In this document: positions 1 to 10,700 of the stretch, piece after piece
Layout: each line of letters starts with the position of its first letter
Position numbering within the stretch: position 1 is the first letter of the stretch
Source of the DNA: Phoronis australis
Lineage: Eukaryota; Animalia; Phoronida
DNA: 64,000 nt
Direction: 5' to 3'
Assembly: GCA_002633005.1 (NCBI GenBank)
Contig: NMRA01000734.1
Span: 110,294 to 174,293 of the forward strand
Translations under genes and position numbers: made by a program
Notes under the pieces: generated by a model
The model's database searches: none
What the model saw: only the letters and a program-made list of their open reading frames with translations
What the model was told of the DNA's origin: nothing

Positions 1-40
1 TTTTGTAGCCTCACATATGGTAATAATGCATGAAAGTTAC

Positions 41-2221
41 CTTGTCATTTGACACTCTAGCCAAAACGTCTCTCAAGTGCTTAAAAAATCCTTCCATACG
101 ATCGGAATGACAAAGTTGGTCTACGTTATCCAGAAAAAATATGGTCTCTAAAAATAAAATAAGACAAATCTTTGAGTACGATAAAACATATTCGAACAAC
201 AATTTCAAATTTACTGTACATACTGAAAGATAATTAAAGAACTTATCGAGAGCACTACATACCGTATATGCAAGTGTTCAGGCCCACAAACCTGTTTGTG
301 AATCTGTGCCTATTTTCAAATTGAAACATCTATCTGTGAGCAAACATTTGAACAAAACCAAAACAGCAAAATATTCAAGATGAAGTCTCAAAAATGCTGT
401 TACAGTTTTCTAAATTTTTGTTTTATGCAACTTTGAATTTGGGGCAGATTCTTTTAAATAGTTAGAAAATTAAAACCAGTACAAAACCCAATTGCTAGTG
501 TGCAAAGAATCGTTCTACTTTGGTGCAGAAAAGTGTACCGTACCGCTTTCGATCAACTTCAGCTGATGAATCACTGCAGCTTTGAGGTCATTTGTTGACA
601 ACATTTCACAGGGCAGAACGTCCATCACACTCAGAATTTCGTTGAACATAGTATCAACGGATGTGGCTCCTCTGCTCAAGAAACAATACACTATATAAAT
701 ATGTATTATGGCAACAAATTTTCTATAAGACAGGTTTTGTTAAGCACATTTCCATTTGCACTTTAAAATAGCCGCAGTGGACAGTCTCCCCACTATTGGC
801 GGCAACCAGATCTTTAGCACAAGTTGTACCGTGCAATGTAGCCATTCTGTGGGTGATCTATCTCCTTTGTGTCTCTTTCATCACGTGATCACCGTGTAAA
901 GGATCGTCCATGATGCTCTTTCGAGGGAGACGATTTACCGGACCATTTCACTGCACCGACACCTGGTGCTAGGTCCGATTGCCGCCAAGTGGAGACAAGA
1001 CTGCGGCCTGGACAGTTTTGCAAGCAAAGTTTTCAAAAAAAAATTAGAATGTGCTACTTTCACAATTTTTATGAAGCATATCTGAATAGCCTTTACGAAT
1101 ACTCAGAATAACAAAATACAAATCTGCAGTTGCATTTCAGCATTCAAAAATCCACAGCTTTTATCTTTTTTAAAAGGAATCGCACAAGGACTTTTAAAAA
1201 AGTCCTTTTGCGATTCCTTGACCCCAGGTCGTACGTAAATTAACAGCAGGCTCCAGAGCAAAATGTCACAAGTCTAGATACTGATATAACTTTCTGTAAG
1301 CACATAAATTAAAATGAAACATATCCCACACAATTATTGTTGCCATGTCAAATGCTTGTAGAGAACGAATGAAATCCAATTAACACTTACCGCAAACATA
1401 TTTTATACACACCAAAATGGCACTTCCAACTCATCCGATAACAAACCTTGTGGGCCAACGCAGTCTTGCCCACGCCTCTCATACCTGTGACACTGACAGC
1501 TGAAATTATGAAAAAAAAAACATATGAGGAGTAGGTGTTTACAACTTACGTTTGTGGATATTTTTAGCAGTTAGGGTCATCCAGAAATGATTCGAGAACT
1601 GTTCAGCAAGGAAAAGTGAACTTCCAATGGTGCTCGATGACTGAGAACAAAGAGTAGTGTTTGCTTTCATGGCTTTCTTGAGTGTTCAGAATAGTACCTC
1701 GAGTTTCAATATTGCTGACATGGTCATTACATCATTTTCACAATATCCAATTAATCATTACCTCTAACTTTTGCTGTCTGGAGCAATTCCATAACACTGA
1801 CAACCTCTTTTTCTCTTCCAATGAAGAAATCCTGATCTTTCAAGCCTGTCCTGTCTTCATGTTTCTGGCGATCTTTCACATAATTACAAAGAATCTCGTC
1901 TATTGGTTTGCCCTGATGTTTTCCATGACTCATATAAAGACCCATTTTGCTGAATGCATTGATAGAGAGATCAACTGCCTTGGTCTCACCCATTTTATCA
2001 ATGAGGGTATCGAATACTTTAATAAATGCAGTGTCACCATCATCGCCACCAAGCTCCACTTGCAGACGGTGGTGGTCTGCCGCTCCAAGCTGTTTTTCAA
2101 CAAGTCCTAGGAACCTCACGCGTTGATCGGAGTGCAGCTCTCCCTGAATGTCATCAATAATGTCCCTCAGGGGGTCAACCTGAGTAGGATGGGTGCCCAC
2201 TGGACTTGAGAATGACGCCAT
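41..2221 (-). CDS. STAND-class (NB-ARC/NLR-like) P-loop NTPase with N-terminal helical, death-fold-like domain; 5' part only, continues beyond window start
   Basis: Four in-phase GT-AG exons: 2221-1762 (MASFSS...DFFIGREKEVVSVMELLQTAKVR), 1499-1391 (AVSVTGMRGVGKTALAHKVC, Walker A), 671-544 (RGATSVDTMFNEILSVM...), 147-41 (ETIFFLDNVDQL, Walker B). The FxGRxxE, GxxGxGKT and hhhhDN order is typical of NB-ARC/STAND ATPases. Confidence 0.88.
771..1008. mobile_element. Small MITE in NTPase intron
   Basis: Imperfect ~35-bp inverted ends: gccgcagtggacagtctccccactattggcggcaa / ttgccgccaagtggagacaagactgcggc. Confidence 0.5.
1174..1219. repeat. Near-perfect 46-bp palindrome (probable MITE remnant)
   Basis: aaggaatcgcacaaggactttt / aaaagtccttttgcgattcctt. 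Confidence 0.7.
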
Positions 2222-2736
2222 TTATAAACGATGTAGAAATTCAGCTGCTGATAGCTGCAGCTTCACTTAAATAGCTGTTTCCCGGTACGCACGTTGCCCG
2301 TAGCTGTGTCACTCCCCTACCTGGAAGCAATATATTTGTTGCATTCGGACTCTTATTTTGGCTGTTAATCAATCCTTCGCAGGGTTGTGTACCAGTATTT
2401 GGAAATCGGTAGGATACCTACTCAGACAGTGCCAATTCGATAGCAATTTCGACACTCATACTGTTATTGATTACAAAGCTAGCAAAATGAACCCCGAATA
2501 TATTTGGGTTTTTTAACCACACGGGAAGCTCGACCATGCATTATGACGCGGTGTGGTGTTGGGGGAATTAGAAAAGTCACCGTTTTAGAGAGTAGGCAAG
2601 ATGAAAACCTACCATTTTAAAGAGTAAGCATGATTAAAAGAGGTCGATTTGTTTGAGCCCGTGTACAGCGCGTCTAGAGAGTGAAATCTGTTGTAAAATG
2701 GAGACTTGGTTTGTCTTGTGAGTACTACATGTAGTA

Positions 2737-2900
2737 AAAACAACAACGATTTGAACCGGCTTGATCTGTTTCGGCATTTATTGAAACACCATCATCAGAA
2801 GAAAAAAAATACAGTGGCCACCTTGCTAGGCCCAACGACAAGTACTGGACGACACAGACACAGTCAGTTACAGGGAGTAACTATACTAACAATGACAACC
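2737..2900 (-). mobile_element. 5'-truncated Penelope-like element 3' end, same family as 49050-49545
   Basis: Colinear with ~49055-49222 (atacagtggccacc..gctaggccca..caagta..cagtcagttacagggagt..caatgacaacctgt). Flanked by direct repeat tgtagta at 2730-2736 and 2901-2907. Confidence 0.8.
2759..2801 (-). ncRNA. Minimal hammerhead ribozyme (Penelope-associated), slightly degenerate
   Basis: Minus strand reads CTT-CTGATGA-TGGTGTTTCAATAAATGCC-GAAAC-AG-ATC-AAG: CUGANGA and GAAA cores, stem II and short stem I. Confidence 0.7.
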
Positions 2901-3065
2901 TGTAGTACCAGTCCAAAAGGCGAACCCTTATGAAAAAAAACGCACTTTTTGTAGGAATCTAGGCATGAAAAAGTCACACAGGCATGCGTTCCGTACAGGC
3001 GAGATTTCGCCGTGTATTAACGGTGAAGCACATGATCACATTAAATTTCCTCAGAGAGGTTGTTT

Positions 3066-3406
3066 GCCCAGTTGCGTGAAGCGGTCCCAAATAGGGACTC
3101 ACCTAAGCACCTTAAATATTTTGTGTATTTGTTTCGTTCTTAACTCACAACGGAAATAAATAGGGACTTAGTCCATACATTAGGGGTCGCTGAATGAAAA
3201 AATCCTTACTTATTTTCACTGATATTAAGAATTCAACGCCAACGTAAAGTTCACTTTCAATTTGTGCCAAAGGAAAACACTGACTCAAAGAATAAAACTA
3301 AAACAGCGTAAAAAAGGATAATCACTGTTTTCAGAAGTTCACAAACACGCAGTAGATTTAGGGAATTTGGTTAAGTCCCTGTTTGTGACTGTTTCACGCA
3401 ATCGGC
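3066..3406. mobile_element. MITE family A, copy 1
   Basis: Inverted ends gcccagttgcgtgaagcggtcccaaatagggact / agtccctgtttgtgactgtttcacgcaatcggc; related copies at 15.7, 22.1 and 32.8 kb. Confidence 0.8.
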
Positions 3407-4208
3407 ACCTTGCGCCTACGAAACCCTACCCAGGAGTAGTGAGCGGCACGTTCCGTATACCTGCCACTGCAATTACCTTCCCAGTGTAAGTGGGCCCGGG
3501 TTTTAACTTAAGGCGATTCGTTGGAGTGTAACATTTACCGAAAAAAAATTTATTTTCAAGATTTGAATGTCTGTCAGTTTTGGCCTCGAAACTATCAAAT
3601 GATACTGAACCCGAATTTCGGCTTTTAACAGGATACTAAACCCCATTGTAGCATATTAACAGACACTAACAACAACACATCCAGCACTCCAAAATAAAAC
3701 AATGCTTTGTAAAACTCATCAACACTTAAAAGTTTGGAGCAAATGTTGCAAACTCCTTGCAAAACGGGCAAGCGTGGCCTACACTTTAGGCAAGTTGCAG
3801 ACAAACGAAAGGGAAAGACCGCGCATCAAGAACCATAATATTCAATTTGTGACAGTGAGTATACGTTAGTAGTTGAATCCAGCTTCTATCACTCAACGAG
3901 ACGCTAGTGGTGCATTATCAGGGGAATATCAAGGATCGGTTGAAATCAGAAAAACAAGGTTTAGTATTCTTTTAACGGTTATCAATTCCGACTTAAGACG
4001 TACAAGCTATAAACCTGCCCTCCATCACAAAAAAACCTTCGACACTTACCAACCGTTATGAAAATGGTTTCATATTGTTCTTTAACCAAATTCAGAGTTG
4101 ACATCCGAAAAAAACAGACAGATGGTTATTGTTTGAGACCAGGGTCTATTTAGGGTTGGTTTGTCACGGCGTAATATTTTAATTGTACCCCGAACATATT
4201 CTTAAGAA

Positions 4209-4451
4209 GAGGAAGAACTGTGGGCTAGTGTCATAGGTGTCCGCTTTCTTTACTCAAGGTCGCGGGTTCGAGTCCCACTGGGTCATCCTGCTAAACCCTC
4301 GAGTCAGGTCTCTAGCTCCTCAGCTCGGTTTTAACTACATATTACTAAAGCCTAAAATAGTTTCAGGTGATCAGTGCAATGGGCCCACATGCGCGGCCTG
4401 CGCACGTCTGGTACAACATGTATCAGACCGCCTGCAATTATTTTTATATAG
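4209..4451 (+). mobile_element. tRNA-derived SINE, copy 1
   Basis: A-box-like tgggctagtg, B-box ggttcgagtcc, AT-rich tail, 9-bp TSD tcttaagaa (4200-4208 / 4452-4460); second copy at 12.8 kb. Confidence 0.85.
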
Positions 4452-7400
4452 TCTTAAGAAATGACGAATTGCCAGTTCTTTGCAAACCTGGAAATCGCCT
4501 CTCATATGATCGACACGCGGAATATAGTGGGACATTACTTCATCAATGGCACCCGAGGTACGTTTTGTGTATTGGCTCCCTCTCATGCAAAAGAGGAACA
4601 TTTCCCAATAGCGTGTTTGAGAAGACTCCATAAAGCAGTACCTGGAAGTTGATATTCATCCGATCAGCCACTTCTGAGACATGATGTTTCGCCAAATTTG
4701 AAAATTTGTCTGGGATCCTGCATAACCTGCGTTAAGAGACGACAATTGGGGCGACGGTATCAATACAACAGTTTTCCTTCGTACGATCGTTTAAATATAC
4801 TATCACAATCGGGTCAGCCAAGCAAAAAACAACAAACAAGTAGCTACACGAGATGTTAATCGACTATAAAGCAAACATTTCATGCCTCGTTATATTGATC
4901 AAGAGGATTTTGTAAAGGCCTAAACAAACTGTGCCCAAAAGAACACCGCCGTACCTTCAAGTTTAGCATTGAACGTTTTGGATAAGCTTCGTAGAAACGT
5001 CTATAGGTTACCGTCTGAAAAATGCACATTTTCCTCAGTGCTTTAGTACCGCTTTGTGCCAAGATAAATAGAAACCCAAGAAAAACAAATCTAATAATGG
5101 TCAACAAAATTCAAAAAGATCAAATGCAGGCACACACTGGTAAAGTATGCAACGGGCTTTCGGAAACACAGGTCTACATTTCATTGCAGCCAACTCCAAA
5201 TACCGGTTTGGTTGCCATCTCGTTTCAACAATAAAATGGCCCCCAAGTACTCGAACAATAACTATTATCCCCTGGTCTCAAGCTGCAGGTACACCCAACT
5301 AGTCTCCCTAGCAATGGAACCTATTCTGGGGCCTATCACAAAGCGTTATTTGACGGTTTCATCAGTGTGTACCAGCGATTACCGTTATTAAGCCCAATCG
5401 AATATACGCCCAATGGGTGTAAACAACATTTTCCGGAAAACATTCTCAAGGCGTATATTTGGGAAAACGCGCATGACAGAACCATAAAAATTTCTCGGGC
5501 AACCGACCAGTTGCCAGTACCGTCTTTTACCAAAGGCGACACCAAATGCCACCAGGCCACAACCAAGCTGGAAAGACTAAATATCTCAGCGCCCGAGACT
5601 AACGACACCGACTACAAAGCCGACAAGTACACATACAGTAATTAAAACCACCAGAGGGGGGCACTTGGGATTACAAAATAACCATGCCGGCAGCATGTTC
5701 CCACTACTGGCCGTGCCGTCCCTACAACCCGCCATGCCCACGTCCCTGAACCCGCCCTGACATTCCTACAACCCGCCCTGCGGGTATGGAAAACTATGTG
5801 GTTTGCAAATTGAAAGAGGCGCGGATGGCAGGTTAAGAGCATGTCAGATTTCGTTTTACTACAGAACTCCAATTAGAAATGACGATTTCTCAGCTTCCCC
5901 AAACTAGTCAAGCCGTAACGGAATCGGGCGTTTTTTGCATTAAACCAAAACTAAACGACGTACGCTAGAGGGCAGCACGAACGATATTACAGGTAAATAT
6001 CATCGTCAGGTACAATAGTCAAACAGAGCAGAACGGAATGCTATATACCCAAGGATGACACTAACACAAAGAACGCGACCAAACAATGCTTTGGAAGAGC
6101 AAGAACGCTTGAGTAGACATCAAATTTTCAGTGATACCAGGGTAACTATGATACAGCCTTAGCCATGTTCAACTTTACAGTCGTATATATGGCTCTTCCA
6201 AAAACTTCCGCATCGCGTGGTTATAATTACCCCGCCGGGGCAGCCCTAATGAACGGCCTGCCTTGACAAACGAAACAAATCCGCCGTGATAAGTGGCTTG
6301 CGCAACCGTGACGACCTCGGCTCTTATTTGGCCCTAGAAATCATTTCTAATCTAGGATCAATCAAGATGAAACAATTTCATAACCAATAAGGGCCCTAAA
6401 TCAGAAATTGGTTATTCAGTGACGTAACAGTAAAGCGATGGGTTTGTTGCCCCTTCACGGTAAAAATTACGCTACCATCCACCGTGGTCACACAGCATCA
6501 TGGCGCGAGTCCTGGCTCTTGTCCTTTGTGCTGAGTTCAAGGCACGATCAGTTGCCTATTATTCTTGAAACTTGCACATAGTGACAGGCGAACTATGCAG
6601 TTGCAGACAATTAAGTCATATGCAATACACAGGGGCACTTAATATTTTTCCGACATTTTTAAACTGATAAACCTCGTATTTATTACACACTTACTCATTC
6701 GACCGTCATATTGATCATAAAAAAGGTGATATCTCAGTGAAGTTCACTGGCAGACAACTACTCAGTGAGGTCAGCAGAATTGCACAACTAAAACCGTATT
6801 GATTTCAATGAGTATGTATGTCGCATTCACATGCCATGATGAAAAACACAAACAAAATAAAATGTTTCTAAGAAACTCGACACGTAACGGTTGCTTGGAC
6901 ATCAAGTAGTTAGAAGGAATACGTTCACACTAAGGTTTTTACCGTGACATATTTTAGATATACGCACGCACATGCATACACTGACCGTGACACATATGCA
7001 CGCGCAACGGAGGAGTGTTACTTTTTACCACCCCAGCTGGTGTGGTCGCCTGGGTTTCGAGACTAGTAGCAACTATACTTGTAGGCCTACCCTTAACAGA
7101 GCGTGCGAAGTACATGTTGTCAGGTTAAATAGATTGGTCCATTTAGTTGGTTGGTCTACTCAGTAGCTCGGGGGGCCACGGCCCCATTTGGCGATCAAGT
7201 GGGCAAAAAAGGTCCTCATCAGAGAAACAAAAAGTCCGAGAAAACGAGACAAAAGGCGCGAATGCACAATTCAAAGGTCTCAACTTAGTACCTGTTTTTC
7301 TTTTTTTAGTCCCCGTTGGCATTTTTTCAGCCAGTAAAAGTAAAAGGTCAATGACAAACCGAAAAATTCGAGTCCCCCTATATTTTAGGCTGGGTGCTCG

Positions 7401-7771
7401 CATGGCTAGTAATACTCAAAATTGCTACTAAATTACTGTCCTCAATTATAGCCTTGATGCACTAATGGGTGCTATCAAACCTGCTTCAACTTGAAGCCGT
7501 ACTATAAAAGTTTTGTTTTTGGACGTGACTTTTAATTCTGCAGTGAGAATAACCCTCCTCAGACATACCATGATTGACCTCGAAAGTATCACTTCAACAA
7601 TCTTTATCCAGCATTTCCAAAGGTGGGCGCTGACAACTTCGATGAAGACATATGCATACCACGCGCCAAAAAATATCCGCGATGAAACGGCACTTGACCT
7701 GACAACAAGCCGCCTGTACTGAAAGTAGGCTAAAGGTCGACGAAGTTCAACTCTGCATACGGGCCTTTGCA

Positions 7772-10700
7772 ATGGCTGCGTCCTCTGAAAAAAATAAAAC
7801 TGAGTTGGCAATAAGGAAATATAGAAAGAAGCTGCGACAAATCGAAAACTTAGAATGTTTAGATAGAGAACTTACAACAGATGAACGTGATAAGGTATTT
7901 TCACTATTCTGTTTTATTTCGTAGATTTGTCCGACTGCATTTAGAGTTACTTGTGTGACAGCCGCATTTGCCTGGCTGTGGTGGCCTGGGGCTGGGGATG
8001 GTGCCCGGCTAATGCCAATGGCATTGGCAATGCCAGTGGTAAACTAGTTCACGCCACTGGCCATCGTCTCAACTAGCAGTAGAGATGGTGGGAATCCCAT
8101 AGGTCCTTGATATTGTAGTAATAGCCGAGATTACCCGACCTGGGAATCCAACCACCGACTCCCATAAAATCGGCGAGCGTGCTAACCATGCATTCAGCTA
8201 ATACTGCTAATAGGCAATTGCCCGTTAGCGAGTAGCTTACAGAGGCTCTTATGATTCACCGGAAGCACATCTACAATATGCTTGAAGCTTCTTGGTGAAT
8301 TATGTCTCACACCGATTAATTCAAAGTCAGATTGCTATAAGTACATTTACGCCAGAGAGAGACACTCAGCTTGATCTTCCATCTCGAACTTTCATTTACC
8401 TTGTCCTTTACGACCGTTCAAAAGAAATGTAATCTGACGATTGTCATTTGCTAACAAAATCAATCTTGATATTCTTTACTGCCATAGCTAAAAAACAATG
8501 ACACCGTCAGCGTCTTAAGGAAACGCTTGAAACTTTATTTGGTTTGACCTACACTGAAATTGTCAATTGGAAAATGAACACATGAACAGATTGCCTATGA
8601 CTTGAAATAGAAACGGAAGTAGAATCATAGACCAATTTTATGAAAGTGAAAGTCCCAATTCAATTTTTATGCTGTAACAACCTGGACAGGACGCGAAATC
8701 AGCTGCTTCAAACTACGAAAGGTTGTGTCGTTTGCTGTTTGAGTTTTTCACTTACACTGTGCTTTCTCTGTTTCTAGATTTCCAAAAAGTCTACTTTAAG
8801 AGCTGAATTACGCTGCCTTCTAGCAGAATATGGCTTAACAAATGATGCCAGTGTGCATTCTGTTTCTGATGACAGTTACACAACTGCTTACACTGATGTG
8901 AGCACCACTGGTGGCGATGACACCAGGTGTCACTTTAGGGAGCAACAGGAAGCAAATGAGCCGTCTGGCAACGGTGAGAGCATAGACAATGAGGAGCTTG
9001 CTCTCTCAGGTAAATGCATGTATGTGTACGTTGGTTGCACAGCTTAATTTTGTAGAAGCACGAATATGACGTTCAGTGAAAGAATGATTGGTACCGCTTG
9101 GAGTGGAAATGGGAATATTGCTTGGGTTGGAAAGGAGAATACCGCTTGAGGTATGAAATAGGACTACTGCTTGAGGTGGAAATAGGAGTACCATTTGGGG
9201 TGGGAAATGGGAATATTGCTTGGACCAATTCTGGGTCTGCTCCTGATGGCTTTGAGAAAAGCTTACTGGCATTTTATAAAAATCTATACATGTGTTTCAG
9301 TGTTTCAGTCCAGTGGTGAAGAAGGGTGTGCAGACCTTCAATCTCCATATGTGGACGATAACTTGGCTGGTGGAGATAAAGAGAATACAGGGAGTGAAGA
9401 GCTGTCTCCATCAAAGCGGTATGTTGAAATTTTGTAGGAGGTGGCATATATAATTCTCTGCCCCGTATTTGAATGCACCGGGTAAATATATGTATGCCAT
9501 GATAAATATTGGCATGTGAATTCTTGTCATATGCCTGATGTACCTATTCGTGTACTCCCAATTAGAAAGCAGATTTGCCTTTTTATCGTTTAATGCCTTC
9601 ATTCCAATGTTCTGTGGTTAGGCTATATTTGCCTATGGTGATCACCTGTGTTAAGCAGAATATTAACATTATTTTGCTCTCAACTCTTGTGGTAATTACT
9701 TTTAAGGTGATAAACATGATGCTTTGTGATCACATTCATTTTTACCATGGAAATACTTCATCTAGGGCATCTGGATGTAAAGGAATAAAAATGAAAGTCC
9801 ATCTCTTCTGAAAGAGCTGGCTTCTCCTTGAATACTTGGGCACTTCATTTTGTAAGCAGGCACTCTCTCACTATCTGTTGAAACCAGTTGCTGTCTGCTT
9901 TCTGAATTCCTTAGGGTTGAGCCATCAGATGAAAAACAACCTGCAGATGTCCCCGTTAAAAAGAAAAAAGTCGAGCAAACAAGGAAAAGTAAGTATCCTT
10001 TCACGCCACAAGCCCTTGAAGGCCCGCATAAATGTAATTTGGTTCCCCACTGACAATCACTGCTTCAGAGGTTGCTGATGTTTTGCAACGTTTGTTGCAA
10101 TAGTAGTGTTTTTGTCAGATATTAAGCAGAGTGTAACATGAAGTTATTGCGCCTAGCTGATAATTACATATGTATGAACTGACCAAATTTCTGGCCTAAG
10201 TTTTAAATCATTTTCGTGAAACAGGCTGCAGCAGTCATTACTGAAGTCTTGTGAATATTCACTATTACAGTTCCCAGTCATTACTGAAGTCTTGTGTTTA
10301 TTCACTATCACAGTTACCAGTCATTACTGAAGTCCAGTGTTTATTCACTATCACAGTTACCAGTTACCAATTATATCTAGCTATTCCTTCTCAGCAAGAC
10401 TACGGAGTCTCAGTACAGTTAGTCTGAGTTTTTAATTCAGTGGTTCACAAGTGAGATGTTTCTTAGACAGCCGATATATTTAATCTGGCGTGCCTTTAAG
10501 TGAGTTCATTGTTACTTCAGAGCACAGTGAGACAGATGCAGAGAGACTGGCTCGTGAGAAAAGGAAGGTGTGGAGAACCAAGACATTTCAGAAAACTTAC
10601 CTGGATGGCCATAATGACCTTATATGTTGTGTAGCAACAGATGGAAAGATGGCTGTGTCGGGAAGGTAGATTTTGGATTCTTAGATGTTGCCTGTGTTTT

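Noticed and set aside
1682-2110. 142-aa plus-strand ORF
   Set aside because: Antisense shadow of the NTPase first coding exon.
4209-4285. Functional tRNA gene
   Set aside because: No proper cloverleaf; continues into a SINE body with TSD and has a second copy.
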